IMG/VR virus record: IMGVR_UViG_3300034777_000230
Location: 1 to 34,578 of that record
Direction: 5' to 3' (one strand)
DNA: 34,578 nt
Origin: a virus
Taxonomy: Duplodnaviria; Caudoviricetes
Position 1 is the first letter of the stretch. Each line of letters begins with the position of its first letter. This document shows positions 1 through 9,782 of the stretch, in pieces. The notes below the pieces were generated by a model that saw only the letters and a program-made list of their open reading frames with translations, was not told the origin of the DNA and ran no database searches. Both the position numbers and the translations under genes were made by a program.

Positions 1-44
1 CGACAGAGTTGAAAAACGCACTTTCATTTAAGAGGTGATCCAAA

Positions 45-1238
45 GTGAAGCAGCAAATTGAATATGTAGAAACGGCAAAATTAGTGCCTTATGCACGCAA
101 TTCGCGCACGCATTCTGATGAACAGGTGGCCCAAATTTGCGCATCTATAAAGGAATTTGGCTTCACAAATCCTGTTTTGATTGATGGTGAAGGTGTTATC
201 ATTGCCGGCCACGGGCGAACAATGGCAGCGCAGCGATTGGATATGAAAGAGGTGCCATGCCTTAGATTGGGACATTTAACGGATGCCCAAAAGAAGGCAT
301 ACGTCATTGCCGATAACAAATTGGCACTGAATGCCGGTTGGGATGACGAAATGCTGGCGATAGAATTGAAGGAACTAAACGCAGAAGATTTTGACCTATC
401 CTTAACAGGCTTTGATGATGACGAATTGGCGGCATTGTTGGCCGAAGCGGTCGAAGAAGGTTTGACGGATGAAGATAGCGTTCCAGAGGCACCCGAAACG
501 CCGGTGACAGTTGAAGGCGATGTTTGGGTGTTGGGCAATCATCGTCTTATGTGCGGCGATAGCACCAGCATTGATGCAGTTGATAAGTTGATGGATGGCA
601 ACAAGGTTGATCTAGTTTTCACAGACCCGCCATACAATGTGGCGTTCAATGGCCGAAGCGGAAAGCATGATGTAATAAAAAATGATAATCTATCAGACGA
701 AGCGTTTGCAGACTTCATTGAAGGAACAGTTGCGACCATAAAAGCAGTTGATCCGAAGGCTTATTATATTTGGTGCAACTGGAATTTCTACGGCATCCTT
801 CAGGGCAAGCTAGAATATAAGAGTTGCATTGTTTGGGCAAAGAATGTCTTTGGCATGGGGCAAGGTTATAGACACCAACATGAATTTTGTCTTTTTCACG
901 GGAAGATTGATGAGGCCATAAAGAACGAAAGCGATCTTTGGTCGGTGAAAAAAGATCACGGATATGTCCATCCCACACAAAAACCTGTTGAGCTATCCGT
1001 TAGAGCATTTGGAAATCATATTCGTTTGACAAATGTCTTAGATTTGTTTGGCGGGTCTGGTTCAACACTGATTGGCGCAGAGCAGACAGGTCGAAAATGC
1101 TTTATGATGGAACTAGACCCGAAATATTGCGATGTAATTATCCAGCGTTGGCAAGACTTCACCGGCAAAACGGCAACCCATGAAGCCACGGGCAAAACAT
1201 ATGGCGAACTACAGGCGGAACAATGCAAAGCCGCTTAA
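45..1238 (+). CDS. ParB-like N-terminal domain fused to an N4/N6 DNA methyltransferase
   Basis: N-terminal PYARNSRTH...IAGHGR (ParB/Srx fold). Catalytic DPPY (FTDPPYN), HPTQKP and SAM-binding DLFGGSGST occur in beta-class order. GTG start after GAGGTG. Confidence 0.92.
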   Translation: MKQQIEYVETAKLVPYARNSRTHSDEQVAQICASIKEFGFTNPVLIDGEGVIIAGHGRTMAAQRLDMKEVPCLRLGHLTDAQKKAYVIADNKLALNAGWDDEMLAIELKELNAEDFDLSLTGFDDDELAALLAEAVEEGLTDEDSVPEAPETPVTVEGDVWVLGNHRLMCGDSTSIDAVDKLMDGNKVDLVFTDPPYNVAFNGRSGKHDVIKNDNLSDEAFADFIEGTVATIKAVDPKAYYIWCNWNFYGILQGKLEYKSCIVWAKNVFGMGQGYRHQHEFCLFHGKIDEAIKNESDLWSVKKDHGYVHPTQKPVELSVRAFGNHIRLTNVLDLFGGSGSTLIGAEQTGRKCFMMELDPKYCDVIIQRWQDFTGKTATHEATGKTYGELQAEQCKAA

Positions 1239-1426
1239 TGAGTGCAACCGAAGCGGCCACAAATGTTGCCATCGGCTATCTGGTCAGCGTTGCGGCAAAT
1301 ATCATTGTTTTGCCGGTGTTTGGGTATGATGTCACGATTGCTGACAGTTTTGCGATAGGTTTGGCATTCACTGCAATTAGTTTGGCGCGATCCTATATAT
1401 TGCGCAGGGTATTCAATAGGATTTAG
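1223..1426 (+). CDS. small two-TM hypothetical protein
   Basis: Two hydrophobic segments. Tightly packed between the methylase and the small terminase. Confidence 0.7.
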   Translation: MQSRLMSATEAATNVAIGYLVSVAANIIVLPVFGYDVTIADSFAIGLAFTAISLARSYILRRVFNRI

Positions 1427-1428
1427 AC

Positions 1429-1977
1429 ATGGCAGCACCATCAACATTCCCGCTAGACACGATGTGCAAGTTGCTTGACCTAACGCCGCAGCGCGTCAAT
1501 CAGTTGGTCAATATGGGCGTCCTCCCGCGCAAAGAACGTGGCCGCTATGAATTGGTTCCTGTTGTTCGGTCATATGTGAAGTATTTGCGGGAACGTGCAA
1601 TCAAGGGTGATGTTCAAGCTGGCGGCGATGATTACGCAACGCATCGTGCTAGATTGACAAAGGCAAAGGCTGACATGGCCGAAATGGAACGTGAACAGAT
1701 GGCGGCACGATTATTGCCGGCTGGTGACGTTGAAAAGGCTTGGTGCGATGTTGTGGCGAATATGCGCACTAAAATGCTGGCAATACCGACTAACGCCGCA
1801 GCCGACACGCAAGCGGCATCAAATCTTGCGGAAGCAAAACAAGTGTTGAAGGGAAAAGTACATGACGCGCTCGCGGAGCTCGCAGAAATGCGGGTCGAAG
1901 TCATTACGCCTATTCGGGCCACAGATGATGAAGATGGTGGCGACACAAGCGTTGAAAACGGCGGCACCGCCTCCTGA
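1429..1977 (+). CDS. terminase small subunit (Nu1-like)
   Basis: N-terminal wHTH-like LDLTPQRVNQLV...GRYEL and coiled coil RARLTKAKADMAEME. Overlaps the large subunit gene. Confidence 0.88.
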   Translation: MAAPSTFPLDTMCKLLDLTPQRVNQLVNMGVLPRKERGRYELVPVVRSYVKYLRERAIKGDVQAGGDDYATHRARLTKAKADMAEMEREQMAARLLPAGDVEKAWCDVVANMRTKMLAIPTNAAADTQAASNLAEAKQVLKGKVHDALAELAEMRVEVITPIRATDDEDGGDTSVENGGTAS

Positions 1978-3727
1978 TCTAACGATTTCGCAATGGGCCG
2001 ACGAATATAGACGTTTATCACCAGAGGCATCGGCAGAGGCTGGCAGATGGTCAACCAGCCGTGCTGAATACCAGCGCGGTATGATGGATGCTGTTAGTGA
2101 TCCTACTATTGAGCAAGTTGTCTTGATGACAAGCGCACAAATTGGCAAAACAGAAATAATAAACAATATATCAGGTTATCATATACATCAGGACTCCGCT
2201 CCGATGCTAGTTGTGCAGCCAACATTGGAAATGGCTAAATCTTGGTCGCAAGAAAGGTTTTCGCCAATGATAAGAGATAGTAATGTTTTGTCCGATATTA
2301 TTGGTGATCCAAGATCGAGAGATAGTGGAAACACGATCTTGCACAAAATATTTCGGGGTGGTCACATTAGTATAGCCGGTGCAAACAGCCCAAGCGGATT
2401 GGCATCCAGACCTATTAGAGTAGTTTTATGTGATGAGGTTGATCGTTACCCTCTGTCAGCCGGTACAGAGGGTGATCCGATTGAATTGGCTAAAAAAAGA
2501 TCGACTACATTTTGGAATAGAAAAATAATTTTAGTCAGCACTCCAACGGAAAAAGGTGCATCCAGAATAGAGAAAGCCTTTGCAGAAAGTGATCAACGGT
2601 ATTTTTATGTGCCCTGCCCTGATTGCAAACATGAGCAAATATTAAAATGGGAAAACGTAAAGTGGGAAGATAGAAATCCAAATACTGCACACTATTGTTG
2701 TCCTGAGTGTGGAAGTGTCTGGGATGATGCTAAAAGATATAATGCCGTTAAGAATGGCAAATGGGTTGCAACTCACCCAAGCAGTAATGTTGCTGGATTT
2801 CACTTATCTGCTCTATATTCACCTTGGACATCGTTGGCGCAAGGCGTGCAAGACTTTATTAATGCTAAGGGCGATCCAATGCGTTTGAAGGCATGGGTCA
2901 ATTTATATCTTGGCGAAACATGGGAAGAGCAGGGCGAGATGCTTGACGAATATGATCTAATTGATCGTGTTGAGGATTGGGGTGATGAGCTTCCAGAAGA
3001 TGTCTTAATGCTTACGGCTGGGGTGGATGTTCAAGATGATCGACTGGAATATGAGATAGTCGGCTGGGGCCGTGGGGAGGAAAGTTGGTCTATCGACTAC
3101 AACGTCTTATATGGTGATCCATCATCAGCGGAATTGTGGATTGATCTGGATAAGGCTTTGCAGCGCACCTACACACATCCTCTATCTGGTGACATGACAC
3201 TCAGATCAGCTTGCATCGATAGTGGCGGTCATTACACGCAGCAAGTTTATAATTATGCGCGCAATCGTGTTGGCAAGCGTGTCTTTGCGATCAAGGGTAT
3301 TGGTGGAGAAGGTAAGCCGATTATTGGCAGACCAAGTAAGAACAATATTGGCAAAATAAATCTATTTCCTGTGGGAGTGGATACGGCGAAGGAATTAGTG
3401 TATGCTCGCCTGAAGATGAAGGAAGAAGGGGCAGGATATTGTCACTTTCCATTAGGCCGCAACGAAGAATATTTTAGAATGCTTACTGCTGAGAAAAAAG
3501 TTATTAAGTATTTTAAGGGGCGTCCAAGGCGTGAGTGGGTAAAGATCCGTCAGCGCAATGAGGCTCTTGATTGCAGGGTTTATGCAACCGCAGCTTTAGC
3601 TGTTTTAAATATAAACATGGATGCAGTTGCAAAACAGGCCCAAAATAAGGTACAATCCGACAAACCTCAGCAATTCAGGCGTCCAGCATTGCCACGCCGC
3701 AATTCGTTCGTTCACGGTTATAGGTGA
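1925..3727 (+). CDS. terminase large subunit (lambda GpA family)
   Basis: Walker A SAQIGKT, Walker B VVLCDE, CxxC pairs (CPDC, CPEC), nuclease motifs TAGVDVQ and NEALDCRVYA. Start is uncertain: the ORF opens at 1862, with in-frame ATGs from 1925. Confidence 0.95.
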   Translation: MMKMVATQALKTAAPPPDLTISQWADEYRRLSPEASAEAGRWSTSRAEYQRGMMDAVSDPTIEQVVLMTSAQIGKTEIINNISGYHIHQDSAPMLVVQPTLEMAKSWSQERFSPMIRDSNVLSDIIGDPRSRDSGNTILHKIFRGGHISIAGANSPSGLASRPIRVVLCDEVDRYPLSAGTEGDPIELAKKRSTTFWNRKIILVSTPTEKGASRIEKAFAESDQRYFYVPCPDCKHEQILKWENVKWEDRNPNTAHYCCPECGSVWDDAKRYNAVKNGKWVATHPSSNVAGFHLSALYSPWTSLAQGVQDFINAKGDPMRLKAWVNLYLGETWEEQGEMLDEYDLIDRVEDWGDELPEDVLMLTAGVDVQDDRLEYEIVGWGRGEESWSIDYNVLYGDPSSAELWIDLDKALQRTYTHPLSGDMTLRSACIDSGGHYTQQVYNYARNRVGKRVFAIKGIGGEGKPIIGRPSKNNIGKINLFPVGVDTAKELVYARLKMKEEGAGYCHFPLGRNEEYFRMLTAEKKVIKYFKGRPRREWVKIRQRNEALDCRVYATAALAVLNINMDAVAKQAQNKVQSDKPQQFRRPALPRRNSFVHGYR

Positions 3728-3730
3728 TAG

Positions 3731-4318
3731 ATGGCTAATTTATTCGACGCAGCAAATGCACCGACTACTGAACCGACTGACTTTGTGGTTGGTGATTTTG
3801 TACAATGGAAGCGCACTGACCTAAGCGATGATTATCCAAATACTGCATACACATTGACTTATGTATCAAGGGATGCTGGTGGCGGCTCACATGAGTTTTC
3901 TGTAACGGGAACCGCAAGTGGTAATGATTATTTATTCACCATTCTAGGCTCTGCGTCTGATGACTTCAGCGCGGGTCATCACAAATGGCAGCTTGAGATT
4001 GTACGCAACAGCGACAGTGAGCGCATCGTGCATGAGACGGGCCATTGGGATATCCATGTGGACATGGATGTTAATGGCGTTGATCCAAGGTCATTCGCTC
4101 AAATTATGGTTGATAAGATTGAAACCATACTTACCGGCAAGGCTGATAGTGATGTTGGCAGCTATTCCATTGCTGGCCGCTCATTAACGAAGATGACTTT
4201 TGCTGAGTTAGAAGAAGCCAGAAACCGGTATATGGGTATCTATAAGCGTGAGCAAGCAGATGAGGCAGTCAAGAAGGGCAAGCCAAGCCCTAACACGATC
4301 AAAGTGAGGTTTAGCTGA
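3731..4318 (+). CDS. head completion protein, gpW-like C-terminus with N-terminal extension
   Basis: C-terminal SYSIAGRSLTKMTFAELEEAR resembles gpW. Lies between terminase and portal. Confidence 0.7.
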   Translation: MANLFDAANAPTTEPTDFVVGDFVQWKRTDLSDDYPNTAYTLTYVSRDAGGGSHEFSVTGTASGNDYLFTILGSASDDFSAGHHKWQLEIVRNSDSERIVHETGHWDIHVDMDVNGVDPRSFAQIMVDKIETILTGKADSDVGSYSIAGRSLTKMTFAELEEARNRYMGIYKREQADEAVKKGKPSPNTIKVRFS

Positions 4319-5805
4319 TGGGTGTACTTGATCTCTTCAAGCGGTCTAAGAAAAAGCCGCAGCGCCGTAATTATCAAGCAGCCGCCAAGGGGCGGCTTTT
4401 CGCTGATTTCCATGCGTCAAACCGTAGCGCTGACAGTGAAATACGTTGGGCGCTGCGTGATTTGCGCAACCGTAGCCGTGATTTAGAACGCAATAACGAG
4501 TATTTTCGGCGTTATTTGCAGCTTTTGCGGGTTAATGTTGTTGGAGAGAACGGCTTTAACCTACAGATCAGAGGCCGAAACCCAGATAATTCGCTAGATC
4601 GCGCTGGAAATAACATAATTGAGGGCGCTTGGCGTGATTTCTCGCGTTTCGGTGGGCCAACCATCGATGGCGGTCTTTCTATGGTGGATTTATGCAATCA
4701 CATCATATCTGGCGTTGCGCGTGATGGTGAGGTGTTCCTGAAGGTCGTAAAAGGCAACTATTTGCGCTACGGCATAGGTTTGCAGCTTATTGAACCTGAT
4801 CTGGTGGACGAAGAAAAGAATGAGCTTGCGGCAAACGGCAATCAGGTGCGTATGGGCGTTGAGCTTGACAGCAAAACCAAGCGCCCGATTGCGTATTATG
4901 TGTTGAATTACAATAAGGGCGACTATGATTATATGACGCCAGCCGCAGAGCGTAAATATACGCGGGTTGCTGCTGATGAGATGATGCATATCTACCGTCC
5001 AGAACGCGCAGATCAGACTAGGGGTGTTCCGTGGTCTGTTGCTGCGATTGCATCATTGAAAATGTTACATGGTTATCGTGAGGCTGAGTTGGTTGCGGCT
5101 AGAACTGGTGCCGCTAAGATGGGCTTCTTCACTAGCCCCGCTGGAGATGGTTTTACTGCTGATGGGTTTGATGATGAAGGGCAATCTGTTCCTATATATG
5201 ATGCTGAAGCTGGTACATTTCATCAGCTTCCTGCTGGCGTCGATTTTACGCCATTTGATCCAACTCATCCAACATCTGCATTTGCTGACTTTGAGAAAGC
5301 AGTTCTGCGCGGCATAGCTGGCGGTTTGGGCGTAAGCTATACATCATTAGCCAACGATCTTGAGGGAACAAGCTATTCGTCCATACGTCAGGGCGCATTG
5401 GAAGAAAGAGATTTCTACCGCACGTTGCATAGGTTTATGATCGATCACTTCCTTGATCCGTTTTATCGCATCTGGCTGGAGCATGTCATGGATCATGGAT
5501 TTGTTCCTATTTCTGGTGAAAATAAGGTGTTCAAGTTCAGTCAAGACGTAACTTGGCGCGGCAGAGGCTTCCAGTGGGTTGACCCGTTGAAGGAGATGAA
5601 TGCCGCTGTTGTAGGATTGCAGAATGGAATTATTAGCCATTCTGACATTGCTGCGACTTATGGGCGTGATGCAGAGGATACCTTTGCTCAGATTGAGCGT
5701 GATAAGGAAACAGCAGAGCAATTTGGATTGTCTATGGCTTATCAGCCGTTTGGCATGAAGCAGCCAGTACCAGCAGAGGTGGATGATGTCGAACAAACCG
5801 ACTGA
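4318..5805 (+). CDS. portal protein, lambda family
   Basis: LRNRSRDLERNN, QTRGVPW, YSSIRQG and WVDPLKE motifs; synteny. Confidence 0.95.
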   Translation: MGVLDLFKRSKKKPQRRNYQAAAKGRLFADFHASNRSADSEIRWALRDLRNRSRDLERNNEYFRRYLQLLRVNVVGENGFNLQIRGRNPDNSLDRAGNNIIEGAWRDFSRFGGPTIDGGLSMVDLCNHIISGVARDGEVFLKVVKGNYLRYGIGLQLIEPDLVDEEKNELAANGNQVRMGVELDSKTKRPIAYYVLNYNKGDYDYMTPAAERKYTRVAADEMMHIYRPERADQTRGVPWSVAAIASLKMLHGYREAELVAARTGAAKMGFFTSPAGDGFTADGFDDEGQSVPIYDAEAGTFHQLPAGVDFTPFDPTHPTSAFADFEKAVLRGIAGGLGVSYTSLANDLEGTSYSSIRQGALEERDFYRTLHRFMIDHFLDPFYRIWLEHVMDHGFVPISGENKVFKFSQDVTWRGRGFQWVDPLKEMNAAVVGLQNGIISHSDIAATYGRDAEDTFAQIERDKETAEQFGLSMAYQPFGMKQPVPAEVDDVEQTD

Positions 5806-8230
5806 TGGAATGGTGGAAGAAGCGAAGCGCGGCTTAGAGTGGCGGCGTGAGTTTGGGCGTGGCGGTACTGAGGTTGGCATTGCTAGAGCCAGAGATATAT
5901 CCAATGGCAAGAACTTGTCAGACGATACAGTCAAGCGCATGTTCAGCTTCTTTAGCCGCCATGAGGTGGATAAGAAGGCTGAGGGATTTCGTGTGGGTGA
6001 AAAGGGTTATCCATCAAATGGCCGTATCGCATGGGCGCTTTGGGGCGGTGATGCTGGCTTTTCGTGGAGCAGACAGATTGCAGAGCGTTTAGATAAAAAG
6101 GATCGGACTATGCAAGATATAGATAAATCTGATACAATGACTCAAAATGTAGAGGATCAAGAAATGGTTGATGAAGTTCGGGCGGAGCCTGATGAGCTAA
6201 GTGTTGGCGATTTTGTTAGCTGGAATAGCTCAGGTGGAGAAGCCTACGGGAAAGTAGATCGTATTGAACGTGACGGGCAAATAAACGTGCCTGATAGTGA
6301 CTTCACGATTAACGGCGATGCGGATGACCCAGCCGCCTTAATTGAAGTATATCGTGAGGGCGATGAAGGATATGAGGGATCAGGCCAGATGGTCGGGCAT
6401 CGATTTTCAACGCTTACTAAAACAGCAGAGCGTGGATACAAGGACAAAGAGCGTTTTGACCGTGAGAATATGGAAACTCGCGGCATGTCGTTTGACGGTA
6501 AGGTTGTTGACGAAGACACGCGCACTGTTCGCATTGCTGTATCCAGCGAAGAGCCAGTAGAGCGTAGCTTTGGCAATGAAATATTAGACCACGATGAGCG
6601 CAGCATTGATCTTAGCTTTGCTAAGTCAGGCCGTATGCCGCTTCTCTTGGATCATGATCCACGCCAACAGATTGGTGTGGTGGAGAACGTAAACCTTGAT
6701 GGATCGGCCCGTAGATTGCGGGCGACTGTGCGTTTCGGAAGGAATGGACTTGCCAAAGAGGTTTTCGAGGATGTTGTGGATGGTATCAGAAGCAACATCA
6801 GCGTTGGCTATCATGTCAACGATATGGAGCGTCAAGATGCGGAAAGCTACCGCGTGAAGTCTTGGCTTCCAATGGAAGTATCAGTTGTTAGCATACCCGC
6901 AGACCGGACAGTCGGGGTAGGCCGTGCAGCAGAGAAGCCACCCGCTCAACCTATCACTGAAACTCTTATTAGAGAGGAAACTATCATGTCGGATGAAAAC
7001 AAAATCGACATCGATGCGGTAAAGGCCGAAGCTACTCGCGCTGCCGCAAAAGATACTGCTGAAATGTATCGCTTGGCTGCAAAGCACAACAAGCGTGATT
7101 TGGCAGACAAAGCCGTATCAGAAGGCCGCTCACTCGCAGAATTTCGCGGTGAATTGCTGGACGTAATCGGTAATGCACCATTGGATACGCCAAATGAAAT
7201 CGGACTTGCCCCGAAAGAGGCCCGTCAGTTCTCATTGCTTCGCGCTATCCGCGCCCATGCAAACCCAACTGATCGCTCTGCACAAAAAGCTGCTGCTTTT
7301 GAATTAGAAGCTGCTGCTGCTGCGTCAGACGCGATGGGTGTTGAAGCGCAAGGCATTATGATCCCAGCAGATGTATTGCGTAGCTGGAAAGTGCGCGACA
7401 TGAACACATCTGACGATGCTGGCATCATTGCTGACGATTTCCGTGGCGGCGATTTCATCGACGTATTGCGGAATGCTTCATCAGTCATGCAAGCTGGTGC
7501 AACAATGCTGACAGGCTTGTCAGGCAACGTGAAGATCCCGAAGAAAACAGCCGCATCATCTGCTGGTTGGATTTCATCTGAGGGTGGCGCATCTGCTGAA
7601 AGCGAGCCAACTGTTGGTCAGGTCACTATGGCACCTAAAGTATTGGGCGCACATACAGACATCACACGCCTTATGATGCAGCAATCATCTTTGGATGTTG
7701 AAGCATTGGTGCGTAATGATCTGACAGCTTCTATCGCTCTGGCGATTGATCTGGGTGCATTGGCGGGTTCAGGCTCATCTGGTCAGCCAACTGGTGTTCA
7801 GAACACATCTGGCATCAACACACCAACCAACTTTGCGGCAGCTAACCCAACATTTGCTGAAGTTGTAGCTATGGAAACTGCGGTAGCAGAAGACAACGCT
7901 CTGCAAGGCAACTTGGCTTACATTCTGCCAGCCAGCATGTACGGTGCATTGAAAACAACTGCAAAAGACGCTGGTTCAGGCCAGTTTGTAGTTGCTCCAG
8001 ATGGATCAATGAACGGCTACAATGCAATCGTATCAAACCAAGTTACTGCTGGTGATCTGTATTTCGGCAACTTTGCTGACTTGCTGATCGGCATGTATGG
8101 CGGTTTGGACATTGTTGTAGATCCATACACTGCGTCTAGCTCAGGCACAGTACGGATTGTTGCACTGCAAACTGTAGATGTAGCTGTACGTCACGCAGTA
8201 AGCTTTGCATTCAACAATGACGGTTCATAA
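5783..8230 (+). CDS. prohead protease (HK97/S78-type)-major capsid protein fusion with two extra N-terminal domains
   Basis: Protease motifs PLLLDHD, ISVGY and EVSVVSIPAD. HK97-fold capsid C-terminus (GDLYFGNFADLLIGMYGGLDIVVDPY). In-frame internal ATGs with SD at 6164 and 6986. Confidence 0.92.
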   Translation: MMSNKPTDGMVEEAKRGLEWRREFGRGGTEVGIARARDISNGKNLSDDTVKRMFSFFSRHEVDKKAEGFRVGEKGYPSNGRIAWALWGGDAGFSWSRQIAERLDKKDRTMQDIDKSDTMTQNVEDQEMVDEVRAEPDELSVGDFVSWNSSGGEAYGKVDRIERDGQINVPDSDFTINGDADDPAALIEVYREGDEGYEGSGQMVGHRFSTLTKTAERGYKDKERFDRENMETRGMSFDGKVVDEDTRTVRIAVSSEEPVERSFGNEILDHDERSIDLSFAKSGRMPLLLDHDPRQQIGVVENVNLDGSARRLRATVRFGRNGLAKEVFEDVVDGIRSNISVGYHVNDMERQDAESYRVKSWLPMEVSVVSIPADRTVGVGRAAEKPPAQPITETLIREETIMSDENKIDIDAVKAEATRAAAKDTAEMYRLAAKHNKRDLADKAVSEGRSLAEFRGELLDVIGNAPLDTPNEIGLAPKEARQFSLLRAIRAHANPTDRSAQKAAAFELEAAAAASDAMGVEAQGIMIPADVLRSWKVRDMNTSDDAGIIADDFRGGDFIDVLRNASSVMQAGATMLTGLSGNVKIPKKTAASSAGWISSEGGASAESEPTVGQVTMAPKVLGAHTDITRLMMQQSSLDVEALVRNDLTASIALAIDLGALAGSGSSGQPTGVQNTSGINTPTNFAAANPTFAEVVAMETAVAEDNALQGNLAYILPASMYGALKTTAKDAGSGQFVVAPDGSMNGYNAIVSNQVTAGDLYFGNFADLLIGMYGGLDIVVDPYTASSSGTVRIVALQTVDVAVRHAVSFAFNNDGS

Positions 8231-8242
8231 GAGTGCTAACTT

Positions 8243-8266
8243 GGGAGGGCCACTTGGCCCTCCTTT
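8243..8266 (+). terminator. hairpin/intrinsic terminator after the capsid gene
   Basis: GGAGGGCC-ACTT-GGCCCTCC followed by TTT (short U tract, probably leaky). Confidence 0.7.
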
Positions 8267-8283
8267 CCAATAAGGGGCCAAAG

Positions 8284-8478
8284 ATGAAATATATTATCCT
8301 GAAATCCTGTGTCGCTGCTGGCCAAGCTAGAAAGACTGGTGACATAGTTGAGTTGAATGCAGATGAAGCTACTGCGCTAAAAGGATATGGACGTATTGAT
8401 GTTGCCCCAGAGCCTAAGCCTATTAAGGCTCCTACGGATCGGGCGGCAAAGCCTAAAGCCACAAGGGCGAAAAAATGA
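8284..8478 (+). CDS. small head-region hypothetical protein
   Basis: ATG 8284 after AAGGGG. MKYIILKSC...GDIVEL with a basic tail. Confidence 0.7.
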   Translation: MKYIILKSCVAAGQARKTGDIVELNADEATALKGYGRIDVAPEPKPIKAPTDRAAKPKATRAKK

Positions 8479-8642
8479 AGATTACGCTGATCAAAGATGC
8501 TTCTTGGGGCGGGAAGAACGGCAAAGCTGGTGCAAGTCATACAGTTGATGATCGTGTTGCTCAGAAGCTAATTGATCGCGGATATGCGAAGTCATATGTA
8601 GAAGAAAAGGCTGAAGAAGATGGCACTGCCACTAGCGAATGA
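8475..8642 (+). CDS. 55-aa hypothetical protein (not in the ORF track), similar to the preceding protein
   Basis: ATGA overlap with the previous stop. Translates as MKITLIKDASWGGKNGKAGASHTVDDRVAQKLIDRGYAKSYVEEKAEEDGTATSE. Confidence 0.7.
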   Translation: MKITLIKDASWGGKNGKAGASHTVDDRVAQKLIDRGYAKSYVEEKAEEDGTATSE

Positions 8643-8934
8643 TTTAGCCGAAATATTCAACATTGATGAGTTCGCTCAATCAATCACATATCAACGTGCT
8701 GCTGGGCGTGGGGATAGCACAATCAAGGCTGTCTTTGACAATGAAACCATCCCAGTTGACGCTGGTGGAATGACAACTGTTCATCAGGAGCAGCCTAGAG
8801 TAACATGTAGAACCGTAGATGTTCCATACATTCAGTATGATGACGCTATGATAATATCAGCAGACACTTATTATGTTCGCGCTTGGATACATGATGGCAC
8901 TGGCGTTACTGTCGTGCAGTTGGAGAAATCTTGA
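8620..8934 (+). CDS. head-tail joining protein (gpFII-like)
   Basis: Size, position and C-terminal DGTGVTVVQL. Confidence 0.75.
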   Translation: MALPLANDLAEIFNIDEFAQSITYQRAAGRGDSTIKAVFDNETIPVDAGGMTTVHQEQPRVTCRTVDVPYIQYDDAMIISADTYYVRAWIHDGTGVTVVQLEKS

Positions 8935-9377
8935 TGGCTCATGTCAGGCAGCAAATAAGAGACAGAATTGTCTCTGTGCTTAAATCCAATGTTTCTTTGG
9001 TAAAGCGCAGAGTATTTTCATCTAGGGTCTATGCTCTGACAGAAAAAGACCTTCCTGCTATCACGGTTTATACGGGATCAGAAGCATCTACCCTGCAAAC
9101 CATTGGTGTAAAAACGTCTGCGCGTATTGTTTCTGTTGATGTAGATATATATGTGCGAGCAACAAGTAATTTTGATAATGATGTGGACGCTATTGCTGTC
9201 CAGATCGAAGAGGCAATAGCCAATGACTTTACGGTCAATGGCCTTGCAAAATCGGCGGTATTATCCGGTACAGACATGAATTTTTCAGGCGAAGCGGAGC
9301 AGCCAGTAGGTTCCGCAAAGCTGACATTTGATGTAAGGTATGATACAGCTATTAATAACGTTGAAACCGCCAGATAA
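8931..9377 (+). CDS. tail terminator protein (gpU-like)
   Basis: HVRQQIRDRIV...LPAITVY motif; immediately upstream of the tail tube gene. Confidence 0.75.
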   Translation: MMAHVRQQIRDRIVSVLKSNVSLVKRRVFSSRVYALTEKDLPAITVYTGSEASTLQTIGVKTSARIVSVDVDIYVRATSNFDNDVDAIAVQIEEAIANDFTVNGLAKSAVLSGTDMNFSGEAEQPVGSAKLTFDVRYDTAINNVETAR

Positions 9378-9389
9378 GGAGACTTTACT

Positions 9390-9779
9390 ATGGCAACTCA
9401 CGCGGGTAGCGAAGGAACTGTTAAGGTCGGTTCTAACGCAATTGCAGAAATTCGTTCTTTCAGCTTAGAAGAAACAGCGGATACCTTAGAAGATACAACT
9501 ATGGGCGATACTGCTCGCACATATAAATCATCTTTGACAACATTCACTGGATCAGTAGATGTTTTCTGGGATGAGACAGACACAAGTGGTCAGGGCGCTC
9601 TTACTATCGGAGCCTCTGTTACCCTCAATGTTTATCCAGAGGGCGATGCTTCTGGGGATACATACTATAGCGGATCGGCTATTGTGACAGGCGTTACACG
9701 CTCATCATCGTTTGATGGTCTTGTGGAGGCATCGATAACTGTGCAAGGTAGCGGGGCATTAACAGCTACAACGGTGTAA
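9390..9779 (+). CDS. major tail tube protein
   Basis: Strong SD AAGGAG. T/S/G-rich, with EDTTMGD...GSVDVFWD...VEASITVQGSG. Confidence 0.85.
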   Translation: MATHAGSEGTVKVGSNAIAEIRSFSLEETADTLEDTTMGDTARTYKSSLTTFTGSVDVFWDETDTSGQGALTIGASVTLNVYPEGDASGDTYYSGSAIVTGVTRSSSFDGLVEASITVQGSGALTATTV

Positions 9780-9782
9780 AAA

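Noticed and set aside
5347-5940. 197-aa antisense ORF and the many other antisense ORFs in the late operon
   Set aside because: They are shadows of well-supported plus-strand genes, with no motifs or SD.
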